A DNA stretch of 64,000 nucleotides from an uncultured Candidatus Binatia bacterium. GTDB taxonomy: Bacteria; Desulfobacterota; Binatia; UBA9968; JAJDTQ01. This document shows, one piece after another, positions 21,571 through 31,261 of this stretch (position 1 is its first letter; each line of letters opens with the position of its first letter). Position numbers and translations under genes: made by a program. The DNA is taken from assembly GCA_965213675.1 (NCBI GenBank), contig OZ243916.1, forward strand, positions 640,001-704,000. Reading direction: 5' to 3'. The notes under the pieces are model-generated. The model was not told where the DNA came from. It saw only the letters and a program-made list of their open reading frames with translations, and did not search any database.

Positions 21571-21642
21571 GGGTGGTCCGGCGCCCGCGCAAGGACCACG
21601 CGAGGCGGTCCTCAAGCCCACCGCTTCCGCCCCCCGCGAGAC

Positions 21643-22515
21643 ATGCTAGCCGTTGCCTTGGGCCTGCTGGCTTCCGTTGCCTTTGCCTGCACGGCGATGC
21701 TCGTGCAGCGAGGGGTGCGGCAGCTCGATCCTTTCAGCGGATTGCTGGTGGATCTTTTCTGCAACGGGGCGTTGCTCTGGCTTTTCGTATTCGCCTTTCA
21801 CGATCTGGCGGAAATCTGGTCCCGCGCCAACCTGATCTTCGTCGCTTCGGGGCTCATCGTTCCGGGGTTGTTCCGTCTGGTGGCCTTCAAGGGCATCGAG
21901 CGGCTGGGAGCTGCGGTGGCCACGACCGTTCTCAACTCCGCCCCGCTCTTCGCCGTGCTCCTGGCCATGGTGCTGCTCGACGAAGAGCCCGGCCCGGCCA
22001 ACCTGTTCGGCGCCGTGGCCGTGGTCTCCGGGCTCGTCGTTCTGTCATGGAAGGGTGAAACGCGGTCCTGCCGTCTCCCCGACCTGCTGTTTCCCGTGTC
22101 CGGCGCCCTGTTCGCGGCTTTGCGCGACAACGTCGTCCGGTTGGGCCTCCTTGCCGGTCCGGCGCCCATGGTGGGCGCCAGCATCACGGTGACCACTTCG
22201 TTCCTGACCATGTCCGCCGCGTATCTCCCGGTCCACGGCCTCGGGCGATTGAGGACGTGCGGGCGCGGCGCGCTCGGCAACTTCGCGCTGATCGGCTTCG
22301 TGCACTTCCTCGCTTATCTGCTGATGTTCTCGGCCCTGGACATCGCGGACGTCTCGGTGGTGTCGCCGCTGATCCATTGTTTCTCCCTCTTTACCCTGGC
22401 GCTCTCGCCGCTTGTCCTGGGCGATTCCGAACCGATCACCCGGCGCAAGGTTGCCGCCACCTCCATGGTGGTGCTGGGGGTGCTGCTGATCGCGTGGTCG
22501 CGCTGGACCGCGTAA
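21643..22515 (+). CDS. DMT/EamA family transporter
   Basis: About 10 TM segments in two EamA-like halves (GIERLGAAVA...PLFAVLLAMVLLDEE; VSVVSPL). Confidence 0.85.
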   Translation: MLAVALGLLASVAFACTAMLVQRGVRQLDPFSGLLVDLFCNGALLWLFVFAFHDLAEIWSRANLIFVASGLIVPGLFRLVAFKGIERLGAAVATTVLNSAPLFAVLLAMVLLDEEPGPANLFGAVAVVSGLVVLSWKGETRSCRLPDLLFPVSGALFAALRDNVVRLGLLAGPAPMVGASITVTTSFLTMSAAYLPVHGLGRLRTCGRGALGNFALIGFVHFLAYLLMFSALDIADVSVVSPLIHCFSLFTLALSPLVLGDSEPITRRKVAATSMVVLGVLLIAWSRWTA

Positions 22516-22528
22516 GGTCGTCACCGTC

Positions 22529-23107
22529 ATGTGGACATTGCCGAACCTGCTGAGCCTGTTCCGCATCCTGCTGGTGCCGTTCCTGGCCTGGCTGCTTGCG
22601 TTCACCGACCCGGTGTCGTGCGCGCTGGCCGCCCTCGTCTTCATCATCGCCTCCGTCACCGACATGCTGGACGGCTACCTGGCGCGACGCCACAAGAGCG
22701 TGTCCGACTTCGGGAAGATCCTGGACCCCTTGGCGGACAAGCTTCTGGTAGTGACCGCCCTCATCATGCTGGTGGCCATCGAACGTCCGGGAGACTCGTA
22801 TGTCCCGGTGTGGCTGGTGGTGATCATCGTCGCCCGGGAGGTGGCCGTGACTGTGCTGCGCGGCATTGCGTTGACCGAGGGGATCGTCATCCCCGCGGAT
22901 GCGCTGGGCAAGTACAAGCTCCTGGTGCAGACTTTCGCCCTGGTGGGCCTGATGGTTCATTACCCCTATGGCGGCGTGGACTTCTTCGTCGTGGGCATGT
23001 ACTTTCTGGCGCTGTCCACGGTGCTCGCGGTGTGGTCCGGCGTGGAATACCATATCCGGTTCCTGCGCTCCCTGCGCTCCACGGGATCAGGCTCCCACGA
23101 CGTTTGA
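22529..23107 (+). CDS. pgsA: CDP-diacylglycerol--glycerol-3-phosphate 3-phosphatidyltransferase
   Basis: LPNLLSLFRI and the CDP-alcohol phosphotransferase motif TDMLDGYLARR...FGKILDPLADK; followed by tRNA-Gly as in many bacteria. Confidence 0.95.
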   Translation: MWTLPNLLSLFRILLVPFLAWLLAFTDPVSCALAALVFIIASVTDMLDGYLARRHKSVSDFGKILDPLADKLLVVTALIMLVAIERPGDSYVPVWLVVIIVAREVAVTVLRGIALTEGIVIPADALGKYKLLVQTFALVGLMVHYPYGGVDFFVVGMYFLALSTVLAVWSGVEYHIRFLRSLRSTGSGSHDV

Positions 23108-23132
23108 CAATCATCGCGGCGTCATGTACGAC
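23104..23132 (+). promoter_or_regulatory. Putative sigma70 promoter of tRNA-Gly
   Basis: Perfect TTGACA at 23104-23109 (overlapping the pgsA stop), 17-bp spacer, weak -10 TACGAC. Confidence 0.4.
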
Positions 23133-23144
23133 CTGAGCCAGGAT

Positions 23145-23221
23145 GCGGGTGTAGCTCAGTTGGCTAGAGCGTATGCTTGCCAAGCATAAGGTCGCCGGTT
23201 CGACCCCGGTCACCCGCTCCA
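23145..23221 (+). tRNA. tRNA-Gly (GCC)
   Basis: GCGGGTG acceptor stem pairs with CACCCGC; anticodon arm TATGC-TTGCCAA-GCATA; T-loop GGTTCGA; encoded CCA end. Confidence 0.97.
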
Positions 23222-23282
23222 ATCCCACCTCCCCACAGCCTGTTCCCGCTCCAATCGTTGACTTCACCCGTCGCCGGACGCC

Positions 23283-23852
23283 GTGCAGAGACCGCTGACA
23301 TTCGCCACTTCCAACAGCCACAAGGTCAACGAGGTAAGCGCCATCCTCGCGGACTACGGGATCCACGTGGAGATGGCCGCCATGGAACTCCGGGAGATTC
23401 AGGCGGATACCCTGGAAGAAATCGCCATGGAGAAGGCCCGGGAGGCGTGCCTTCGAGTCGACGGTCCGGCCCTGGTGGAGGACACCGGGCTGTTCATCGA
23501 CGGCCTGAACGGTTTCCCGGGCCCTTACTCGGCCTATGTGTTCCGCACCGTGGGGAACCACGGGATCCTGCGGCTGTTGGAGAACGCCCCGGACCGCGGC
23601 GCGACGTTCCAGTCCGTGTTCGCCTACTGTCGTCCCGGAGGGTCTCCCGAGTGCTTTCCCTCCGCCGTGGCCGGGACCATCGCGCTGGAATGCAGGGGAC
23701 AGGGCTGGGGCTACGACCCGGTGTTCATTGCCGGCGCCGCCGCCGGAAGGACCTATGGCGAACTCGGCGACGAGAAGAACCGGCTATCCCACCGCCGTGC
23801 GGCCCTTGAGAACCTCGCCCGCTGGATTCAGGGCTCCGGAAACTCGCTCTGA
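23283..23852 (+). CDS. rdgB: Non-canonical purine NTP pyrophosphatase (RdgB/Ham1)
   Basis: FATSNSHK, VEDTGL, LNGFPGPYS, GWGYDPVF, KNRLSHR. Confidence 0.95.
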   Translation: MQRPLTFATSNSHKVNEVSAILADYGIHVEMAAMELREIQADTLEEIAMEKAREACLRVDGPALVEDTGLFIDGLNGFPGPYSAYVFRTVGNHGILRLLENAPDRGATFQSVFAYCRPGGSPECFPSAVAGTIALECRGQGWGYDPVFIAGAAAGRTYGELGDEKNRLSHRRAALENLARWIQGSGNSL

Positions 23853-23874
23853 GCCGACGACATCCCGCACAAGC

Positions 23875-23909
23875 GTGAGGGTGCAGGGTAAGGCGCCCTG
23901 CACCCTCAC
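23875..23909. terminator. Perfect 14-bp hairpin between convergent rdgB and tctC (bidirectional terminator or REP-like)
   Basis: GTGAGGGTGCAGGG-TAAGGCG-CCCTGCACCCTCAC; no U-tract. Confidence 0.55.
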
Positions 23910-23913
23910 ACGA

Positions 23914-24978
23914 TTACTTCCTCTTCGGAAAGAGAATGTCCTTCAGCCTCTGGACTATTTCGGGCGGCAGCGCGTCCAGTGAGTCCACGACCTTTTGCAC
24001 CTCGGTGCCGTCCGAAGGGTCGATGTTCAAGCGCGTCTTCCTGGCGTCCGCCAGGAATTGCGGATCCTGCATGGTCTTCATGAACGCGGTTCGAAGCATC
24101 GTGACACGTTCCGGGGGCGTGCCCGGCGGCAGCGCGTAAATGCGAGTGAGCCTGGCGGGGTCATGGATGCCCGCCTTGATGAGAAGCCGCGCCTCGTCGG
24201 TCTTGGCAAAGCTGATGTCCAGAGGGACGTGCTTGAGCTCGGGATGCGATTTCGGAGACATCTGAACCACCGGCACCGCATCTCCGGACTTGAACTTCGC
24301 TCCCCAGGTGGCGGTCAAGGCCGTCCAGCTCAGCCCGCATATTCCGTCCACCTCGCCCTTCTCGGCGGCCAGAAGCATGCCCGGTGCGCCGCCATACCCC
24401 TCGATCAGCTTGATGGGCAGGCCAAGCGCGGCGTTCAGCAATCTGGGACCGTCGTTGGTGGAATTGCCCGGACCCGTTCCGGACAGCTTGACCGGTCTGG
24501 GCGAGCTCATCCATTTCGTCATGTCCGTGATGCCGCTCGACTTGGTGAACGCACAAATGGAAATGGTCGATTCCGGGACCCCGAGAAACTCGTACTTGCT
24601 GGAAACGAACTGGATACCCTTTTGTCCGTAGAGACGGGCCCAAAAAAGGCTTCCGGGAAAATTCCCTATGGTCAGGCCATCGGGTTTGGCCTTTCGGTAC
24701 AAGTAATTGGCCGATATGAGCCCTCCTGCCCCGGTCCTGTTCTGCACCAGGAACCGCGGGTTCCCTGGGATATAGCGACCCATGTGGCGGCCTATGGTGC
24801 GCGAATAGAGGTCGAAGCCGCCCCCCACGGAGAACGCCACCACGATGCGAATGGTCTTGCCCTTGAAGTACATGTCTTCCGCGGCCGAACTGCCGGACGG
24901 AACGGCCATGATGGAGACTCCCATGACCAGGCAGCACAATATCGACAGCATGCGTTTCGGTAGCGAGCGGTGTCTCAT
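23914..24978 (-). CDS. Orphan TctC/Bug family substrate-binding protein
   Basis: Signal peptide, YFKGKTIRIVVAFSVGGGFD, VQNRTGAGGLISANY, KPDGLT; GGAGG RBS. Confidence 0.9.
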   Translation of the reverse strand: MRHRSLPKRMLSILCCLVMGVSIMAVPSGSSAAEDMYFKGKTIRIVVAFSVGGGFDLYSRTIGRHMGRYIPGNPRFLVQNRTGAGGLISANYLYRKAKPDGLTIGNFPGSLFWARLYGQKGIQFVSSKYEFLGVPESTISICAFTKSSGITDMTKWMSSPRPVKLSGTGPGNSTNDGPRLLNAALGLPIKLIEGYGGAPGMLLAAEKGEVDGICGLSWTALTATWGAKFKSGDAVPVVQMSPKSHPELKHVPLDISFAKTDEARLLIKAGIHDPARLTRIYALPPGTPPERVTMLRTAFMKTMQDPQFLADARKTRLNIDPSDGTEVQKVVDSLDALPPEIVQRLKDILFPKRK

Positions 24979-24999
24979 ATCAAACCTCCCCTGTTCGAG

Positions 25000-26409
25000 T
25001 CATACGGCGTTGGCCGCCTTGTAATGGTCCTGCAGCACCCGTGCCACGCAACCGGTGAGGCGGACGCCGGTTTCGATGTGCAGAAATTCGTTGGGGCCGT
25101 GGGCGTTGGACCCGGGGCCCAACACGCCGGTGATCATGAATTGCGCTTGCGGGAATTTCTTCGCCAGCATGGCCATGAACGGGATGGTGCCGCCTTCCCC
25201 GGTGGCGCAGGCGTCCTTGCCGAAGAACTCGCGGGACGCGCGGTTCAAGGAGTCTTCCAGCCACGGCAGGAACGGCGGCGCGTTCCAGCCGGCAGCGCCC
25301 TGGCCGGTGTCGAAGGTCACCCGGGCGCCGTAGGGCGGTTGCGGTGTCAACGTGTCGCGAAGGCACGTCACGGCGGCGCGGGCATCGGCGGTGGGAGGGA
25401 GGCGCAGGGACAGCTTGACCCGCGTCTCCGGGCGCAGGACATTGCCGGCCTGCTCCAGGGCCGGGAGTCCGGCCGCGCCGATGATCTCGAGCTGCGGCCG
25501 CCAGGTGCGGTTCAGCAGCAATTCGGCGGGATCGTCGGCCGGCGGCGTGGTGCCGGGTTGGAAGGGGTAGCCCTGGTGCAATCCCGCGCCGAGCACTTCT
25601 GCCGCTACCTTGGCCTGCGCAAGCCGGTCGGGCGGGATCTCCACGTGTAGGCCCGACGGCAGGATCCGTCCGGTGTCCTCGTCTTCCAGGCGACTCAGGA
25701 GGCGCCGGAGGACTCGGAAGCTCGACGGCACGATACCGCTGGCGGCGCCGGAATGAACCCCCTCGGTAAGGGTCGATACCGACAGGGTGGCGTTGATCAC
25801 ACCCCTGAGCGAGGTGGTGACCCACATGCGCTCGTAGTCGCCGCACCCGGAGTCCAGGCACACCACCAGGTCCGGCGTGCCGATGCGGTGCGCCAGCGCG
25901 TCGACGTAGTGGGGGAGATCGTAGCTCCCGCTCTCCTCGCAGGCTTCGATCATGACGACGCAACGGGCGCAGGGTATGGACTCGAGCTGCAGCGCCTTCA
26001 CCGCGGTCAGGGCCGCGAACATGCCGTAGCCGTCGTCCGCGCCGCCGCGGCCGTAGAGCTTGCCGTCTTCCACAACCGGCGTCCACGGTCCCAGGCCCGG
26101 GCGCCATCCCTCCATGGGCGGCTGCTTGTCGAGGTGGCCGTAGAGCAGCACCGTCCCTTGGCCGGCGCCGGGTATCTCCATGAGCAGGAGCGGCGTTCGC
26201 CCCTCGGCCCGGGCCACGTGAAGCTCCAGGCCCGGAATGTCCTGGGCCGCGGCCCAGCCCGTGAACAGTTCCACCGCCCGGTCCATGTGCCCGTGCTCCC
26301 GCCACTGCGCGTCGAAGGCCGGCGACTCGTTGGGGATGGCGATGTACTCCTTCAAAGCGGGAACGATGCTGTCCCGCCATGTGTCGCGCATGAATGGTTG
26401 CATTGACAT
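25000..26409 (-). CDS. M20 family metallopeptidase/dipeptidase
   Basis: YIAIPNESP, LYGHLDKQP, LYGRGGADDG, EACEESGS, SNAHGPNE; start placed at the ATG after GGAGG. Confidence 0.93.
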   Translation of the reverse strand: MSMQPFMRDTWRDSIVPALKEYIAIPNESPAFDAQWREHGHMDRAVELFTGWAAAQDIPGLELHVARAEGRTPLLLMEIPGAGQGTVLLYGHLDKQPPMEGWRPGLGPWTPVVEDGKLYGRGGADDGYGMFAALTAVKALQLESIPCARCVVMIEACEESGSYDLPHYVDALAHRIGTPDLVVCLDSGCGDYERMWVTTSLRGVINATLSVSTLTEGVHSGAASGIVPSSFRVLRRLLSRLEDEDTGRILPSGLHVEIPPDRLAQAKVAAEVLGAGLHQGYPFQPGTTPPADDPAELLLNRTWRPQLEIIGAAGLPALEQAGNVLRPETRVKLSLRLPPTADARAAVTCLRDTLTPQPPYGARVTFDTGQGAAGWNAPPFLPWLEDSLNRASREFFGKDACATGEGGTIPFMAMLAKKFPQAQFMITGVLGPGSNAHGPNEFLHIETGVRLTGCVARVLQDHYKAANAV

Positions 26410-26444
26410 CCTGTTCAACCTCCACCGGCAAGCCCGCAAGCTGG

Positions 26445-26602
26445 GAGCTTGCGCCGCAGAAATTCACCGCTGCAATCCGCTCTCATCCGTGCCTTCGGCC
26501 ACTCGACTGCGCCACATAGGCTTTGAAATTCTCCTCGATCCACCGGCCGAAGGGACGGCGATAGCGAATTTTCCCCTTCGCGAGTTCCTGCGGCGCAAGC
26601 TT
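26445..26602. mobile_element. MITE-like element, family C (158 bp) flanked by CTGG on both sides
   Basis: CTGG-GAGCTTGCGCCGCAGAAATTC...GAGTTCCTGCGGCGCAAGCTT-CTGG. Confidence 0.8.
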
Positions 26603-26670
26603 CTGGCCGGACGAGGCGCCGATCCAACCCGACGTTCGCCCGGCCGCGGCTCGGAAGCTGGCTTGGATCG

Positions 26671-27837
26671 TCATGCCTCCGGGGACGAGAAGCGCTCGAT
26701 TTCCACGTGGTCCGCTCCCAAGGCCGCCAGTTCGTCGAGGTCCAGTGCCGCCTCGGCCTCGCGCACCCCGCGCAACGTGGCTTTCACCGCGGGATGGCGC
26801 GGTACGAATAGCTGGCAACAGTCCTGATCGGGCAGGATCGACGTCTCGAAGGTGCCGATCTGCATGGCCTCGTCGATGATTTCCTGCTTGTCCATGCCCA
26901 CCAGGGGACGCAGCACCGGGAGCCACGAGGCCTCCTCGATCACGGCGATGTTGGGCAGCGTCTGGGACGCCACCTGCGCCAGGCTCTCGCCGGTAACCAG
27001 CGCCCGGGCGCGTTCCCGGACCGCGATGATCGAGGCGATGCGAAGCATCATGCGACGATAGATCACCACCCGCAGGGGACGCAGCACCGCGGCCACGATG
27101 CGCCGCTGAATCTCGCCGAAGGGCACCAGATAGAGCTTGGAGTGGAACTGGTGTCGGGTGAGCCTGCGCACCAGCGCCGTGGCCTTTTCCTGAGAAGACC
27201 GGTCAAGAAACGGACTGCTGTGGAAATGGACGTAGATGAGACGGCATCCGCGCTTCATCATGCGGTAGGAAGCCACGGGTGAATCGATGCCGCCCGAGAT
27301 GAGGGAGACGAGACGCCCGCTGGCGCCCACGGGAAGCCCGCCTGGACCGGGCACTCGCCCGAGGCTCACGAACGCGCTCGACGGAAGAACCTCGATGGCC
27401 ACCGTCAGTTCGGGGTTGGTGAGGTCCACCCGGGCGCCGGACCGTGCCTGGACGGCTGCGCCCAACTCCCGGTTGATGTCGTTGGACGTGAGCGGGAAAC
27501 GCTTGTCCACTCGCCTGGCCGCGATGCGAAAAGAGTCGAAGGAGCGCCCGTCGATGGCTGCAAGGACATGGTCCTGCAGCGCGGCCATGTCGTTGTCCGT
27601 GCGCTCCACCAGAGAGAAGTTGGCAATGCCGAAGACCCCGGCCAGCCGCCCGGTCACTTCGTCCGCCGGCACCTCGTGGTTGAAGTTCAGCAGCAGCCGC
27701 GACGACGCATTGCGAATCTCCTTGAGTCCCAGCCCACGGAGCGCCGCGCTGATGTTCTTCTTCAAGTGTTCCACGAACCAGGCGCGGTTGCCGCGCTTCA
27801 GCGCGATCTCGTGGTATCTGACCAAGGCCGAGCGCAT
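26671..27837 (-). CDS. thiI: tRNA 4-thiouridine synthase ThiI (THUMP + PP-loop, no rhodanese domain)
   Basis: VRYHEIALKRGNR, GGLPVG, LISGGIDSPVA, TGESLAQVASQTL, DKQEII, DCC. Confidence 0.95.
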   Translation of the reverse strand: MRSALVRYHEIALKRGNRAWFVEHLKKNISAALRGLGLKEIRNASSRLLLNFNHEVPADEVTGRLAGVFGIANFSLVERTDNDMAALQDHVLAAIDGRSFDSFRIAARRVDKRFPLTSNDINRELGAAVQARSGARVDLTNPELTVAIEVLPSSAFVSLGRVPGPGGLPVGASGRLVSLISGGIDSPVASYRMMKRGCRLIYVHFHSSPFLDRSSQEKATALVRRLTRHQFHSKLYLVPFGEIQRRIVAAVLRPLRVVIYRRMMLRIASIIAVRERARALVTGESLAQVASQTLPNIAVIEEASWLPVLRPLVGMDKQEIIDEAMQIGTFETSILPDQDCCQLFVPRHPAVKATLRGVREAEAALDLDELAALGADHVEIERFSSPEA

Positions 27838-27920
27838 TTTCGAGAGATAGCAGATTCCCGCCGGCTTTTGCACGCGGCCTGCCTGTGATATTATGCCGGC
27901 CAGTTGGGAGGCGCCGTTTC

Positions 27921-28247
27921 ATGGACGTGTTCAAAAAGGTATCCGAGATCACGCAGTTCTCGGCCGAGAAGATGAAAAAGAACGGTGTCTTTGCCACCGG
28001 GCACCTGTGCTGCGACGTCTATTGCTTCGAGTCGGGCCAGGCGCAAAAGGTGCATACACACCAGGACACGGACAAGGTCTACTTCGTGCTCGAAGGCAAG
28101 GGCGTTTTCCACGTGGCCGGAGTGCAGCGGGAACTGGGCAGGGACGAGGCCGTGCTGGCGCCGTCGGGCGCACCCCACGGCGTGGAGAACCCCGGTCCGG
28201 AGCGGCTCAAGGTCCTGGTGGTGATGGCGCCGCCCCCGCGCCATTGA
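27921..28247 (+). CDS. Cupin domain protein
   Basis: HTHQDTDKVYFVLEGKG...APSGAPHGVEN; GGAGG RBS. Confidence 0.88.
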   Translation: MDVFKKVSEITQFSAEKMKKNGVFATGHLCCDVYCFESGQAQKVHTHQDTDKVYFVLEGKGVFHVAGVQRELGRDEAVLAPSGAPHGVENPGPERLKVLVVMAPPPRH

Positions 28248-28529
28248 GGCGCTTGGGGTGAACGGGCAGGGTGGCGTGACCCGTCATTGACAGGAAGGCG
28301 GAAAACCGGCTTGCTCATTCAGGACGTTGCCAGTCGCCACATCACGGGGCGTCCTGCCCTGCGCTGCCTTGATCCGATCCAGGCCTGTTCGAAAGTTGCG
28401 GTTGCCGGGCGCCAACGCCGGATATGGCGCGGTTATGAGATGCTTTTCAGTGCCGGAGGCCATGGACGGGCGCGTGATGAGCCGTCAACCGGGACTTTTG
28501 AATGTCCCTGTGATCCGATCCCTCCTGCT

Positions 28530-28555
28530 GTCATTCCCGCGAAAGCGGGAATCCA
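28530..28555. repeat. REP-like palindrome (GTCATTCCCGCGAAAGCGGGAATCCA type)
   Basis: ATTCCCGC-GAAA-GCGGGAAT perfect stem; a similar hairpin lies at 29786-29819. Confidence 0.7.
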
Positions 28556-28574
28556 CGGGTGGGGGAGGTAGCCC

Positions 28575-28991
28575 ATGACTGCCGAAGATCCGGTAAACGA
28601 AGTCAACCGGCGTTTCTACGAGGCGTTCGAAAGCCTCGACCTCAAGCGCATGGAAGGCATCTGGCTGCGCGAGGACTACATCCAGTGCGTCCATCCCGGC
28701 TGGGCGCTGCTCACCGGCTGGGACACCATCATGGAAAGCTGGAAGCGCATTTTCGAGAACACCCAGGAAATGCGCTTCGCCCTGACGGACGTGCGGGTTC
28801 GGGCGCAGGGCGGGCTCGCTTGGGTCACTTTGTACGAGAACCTGAACTCCACGCTGGAAGGTCAGAGCAACGCGGCCGTGGTGCTCGCCACCAACATCTT
28901 CGAAGAGCGCCCGGAAGGCTGGTTCATGGTCCACCACCACGGCTCGCCGGTGATGATGCGCCAACCGGAGCCGCATCCCACCGTTCAGTGA
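28575..28991 (+). CDS. NTF2/SnoaL-like family protein
   Basis: VNRRFYEAFESLD, CVHPGW, ATNIF...WFMVHHHGS; GGAGG RBS. Confidence 0.88.
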   Translation: MTAEDPVNEVNRRFYEAFESLDLKRMEGIWLREDYIQCVHPGWALLTGWDTIMESWKRIFENTQEMRFALTDVRVRAQGGLAWVTLYENLNSTLEGQSNAAVVLATNIFEERPEGWFMVHHHGSPVMMRQPEPHPTVQ

Positions 28992-29722
28992 CACCCCTCC
29001 AGGACAAGGTCTGCATCGTCACTGGCGCGGGCCGGGGCATCGGCCGGGCCATTGCGCTTGCCGCCGCGGCGCACGGTTGTCGCGTGGTGCTGGCCGCACG
29101 GAGCGCGGATCAGTTGGATGAGGTTCAGTCGGCCATCGCGGAGCGTGGCGGACAGGCGTCTCCTTTCCGCGCCGATCTGTCCCGCGACGAGGAACTCACC
29201 GCCCTTGTGCAGCATACCATCGACCGCTTCGGCACGGTCGATTTCCTGGTGAACAACGCGGGTTGGGGCGTCAAGGCCAGTGTGGTCAAAAGCAAGGTGG
29301 AGGACTGGGAGCGGACCTTCCGTGTCAATCTGCTGGCGCCCATGATCCTGAGCCGTCTGGTGCTGCCCAACCTCATGGCCCGGAAGACCGGCGCCATCGT
29401 CAATGTGTCCTCGATCTCGGGCCGGGTGGGCCAAGCTGGTTCCGCGGCCTATGCCGCTTCCAAGTTCGGGCTCATCGGCTTCAGTCAGTCTTTGTTCGAG
29501 GAGGTGCGGGAGCACGGCATCAAGGTCGCCGCCATCCTGCCCGGCTTCGTCGACACCGGAATGATTCCGCCGGTCAGGCACCTGGATCGCTCCCGGATGA
29601 TCCAGCCGGTGGACGTGGCTGAAGCCGTGCTCTTCGTCCTGACCGCGCCGCCCACGGTCTGCCCCGTGGAAATCACGGTACGCCCGCAACGCACCCCGTA
29701 CCGCCAGGGGCTTGCGCCGTAG
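28988..29722 (+). CDS. Short-chain dehydrogenase/reductase (SDR)
   Basis: TGAGRGIG, VNNAG, YAASK; GTG start overlaps the upstream TGA. Confidence 0.92.
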   Translation: MTPLQDKVCIVTGAGRGIGRAIALAAAAHGCRVVLAARSADQLDEVQSAIAERGGQASPFRADLSRDEELTALVQHTIDRFGTVDFLVNNAGWGVKASVVKSKVEDWERTFRVNLLAPMILSRLVLPNLMARKTGAIVNVSSISGRVGQAGSAAYAASKFGLIGFSQSLFEEVREHGIKVAAILPGFVDTGMIPPVRHLDRSRMIQPVDVAEAVLFVLTAPPTVCPVEITVRPQRTPYRQGLAP

Positions 29723-29771
29723 GAATTCGCAAAATCGAATTTGCAGCCGTGAATCCCTACGGCGCAAGCTC
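29708..29771. mobile_element. MITE-like element, family C (64 bp), overlapping the SDR stop codon
   Basis: CCAG-GGGCTTGCGCCGTAGGAATTC...GAATCCCTACGGCGCAAGCTC-CTGG. Confidence 0.75.
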
Positions 29772-29854
29772 CTGGACTGAAACTGAAACGGCATCCCCGC
29801 GGTAGCAGGAATGCCGTTTGGCAGTGCCCGGATACGTGTCCTTCGGACGAATGC

Positions 29855-31027
29855 TCAGGCGGCTCCCTGAATGTTGCAGAACTCCTCGTAGTCGATGAGT
29901 TCGTGGATGGTGGGCGTGTCCCCGCACATGGGGCACTCGGGGTCTTGCCGCAGGCGGAGCGTGTTGATCTCCATGGTCAGGGTGTTGAAGTGAAGCAGCC
30001 GGCCGGCCAGGGACTCGCCCTTGTCCAGGATCAGCTTGATGGTCTCCACCGCCTGGATGGTGCCGATGAGACCGGGGAGGACGCCCAGCACACCCGCCTC
30101 GGCGCAACTCGGCGCCATGCCCGGAGGAGGGGGTTCGGGATAGAGGCAGCGGTAGCAGGGGCCGTTCCCGGGATGGAATACGGATACCTGCCCCTCGAAC
30201 TGGAAGATGCTGCCGTGGACGTTGGGCTTGCCGGTCATCACGCAGGCGTCGTTCACCAGGTAGCGGGTGGGGAAGTTGTCGCAGCCGTCCACCACGATGT
30301 CGTAGTCCTTGATGATCTCCATGATGTTGTCGGAACTCAGGCGCTCGGGAATGGCGATCACATTGACGTCGGGGTTCAACCCCTGGAGCGTCCGCCGCGC
30401 CGACTCGGTCTTGGGCTCGCCGATGCGGTCGTTGGTGTGGAGGATCTGGCGCTGCAGGTTGGACAGGTCCACCACGTCGTGATCGACGATCCCCATGGTG
30501 CCCACCCCGGCCGCGGCCAGGTAATATGCAGACGGCGAACCCAGCCCGCCGGCCCCCACCATCAGCACCCGGGCGTCGAGCAGTTTGGCCTGTCCCTCCT
30601 CGCCGACCTCGGGCAGCAGGAAGTGGCGGCTGTAGCGCGTAAGCTGTTCCTGGGAGAACTGCCGATCCTGCACGAAGTCGTAGCCCTCGTTCTTCCACGC
30701 CGTGTAGCCGCCTGACATGGAGGTCACGTCGTCGTAACCCATTTCCTTCATCACCTTGCCGGCGAGAAGGGACCGCACCCCGCCGGCGCAGTAGGCGATG
30801 ATGGGCGTGGACTTGTCGGGCACCTCGGCATCCACCTTCATCTCCAGGAAGCCCCGCGGCACCGACACCGCGTTTTTCAGGTGTCCGTCGCGGTATTCCT
30901 CTTTCTCACGAACGTCGAGGACAACGTGCTGGCCGTCGTTCCGCAGCACGTTCTGCACCTCCTGCGGAGACAGTTCCTTCACGACGCCGCGCGCCTCGTC
31001 CATCAACTGCTGGAATGTCTTGGCCAT
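29855..31027 (-). CDS. moeB: MoeB/MoeZ-like adenylyltransferase with an N-terminal rhodanese domain
   Basis: Rhodanese VLDVRE...YCAGGVRS; ThiF RYSRHFLL, VGAGGLG, SNLQRQ, DNFPTRY, CYRC...CPMC. Confidence 0.9.
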   Translation of the reverse strand: MAKTFQQLMDEARGVVKELSPQEVQNVLRNDGQHVVLDVREKEEYRDGHLKNAVSVPRGFLEMKVDAEVPDKSTPIIAYCAGGVRSLLAGKVMKEMGYDDVTSMSGGYTAWKNEGYDFVQDRQFSQEQLTRYSRHFLLPEVGEEGQAKLLDARVLMVGAGGLGSPSAYYLAAAGVGTMGIVDHDVVDLSNLQRQILHTNDRIGEPKTESARRTLQGLNPDVNVIAIPERLSSDNIMEIIKDYDIVVDGCDNFPTRYLVNDACVMTGKPNVHGSIFQFEGQVSVFHPGNGPCYRCLYPEPPPPGMAPSCAEAGVLGVLPGLIGTIQAVETIKLILDKGESLAGRLLHFNTLTMEINTLRLRQDPECPMCGDTPTIHELIDYEEFCNIQGAA

Positions 31028-31075
31028 GTTCTCTCCCCGGCGGCTGGCCGGCGCATGCTCGTTACGTAAACCCGG

Positions 31076-31154
31076 GAGCTTGCGCCGCAGAAACTCACGG
31101 CTGCGAGTCCCACGACTGCAAATCCGCTTTCGCGAATACCTGCCGCGCAAGCTC
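31076..31154. mobile_element. MITE-like element, family C (79 bp)
   Basis: GAGCTTGCGCCGCAGAAACTC...GAATACCTGCCGCGCAAGCTC. Confidence 0.7.
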
Positions 31155-31261
31155 CAACGGAGCCGTCGTGGGCTCCGACAACTCCCCTGGAAAAAACTCG
31201 TTCTCGTTATTCCATTCTAACCGACTATGGCCTTGAATCAAGTCGCAGATCGTTCAGTCGT

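Noticed and set aside
23145-23221. tRNA-Gly as a genomic-island attachment site
   Set aside because: No integrase and no duplicated tRNA 3' end seen; it is flanked by housekeeping pgsA and rdgB.
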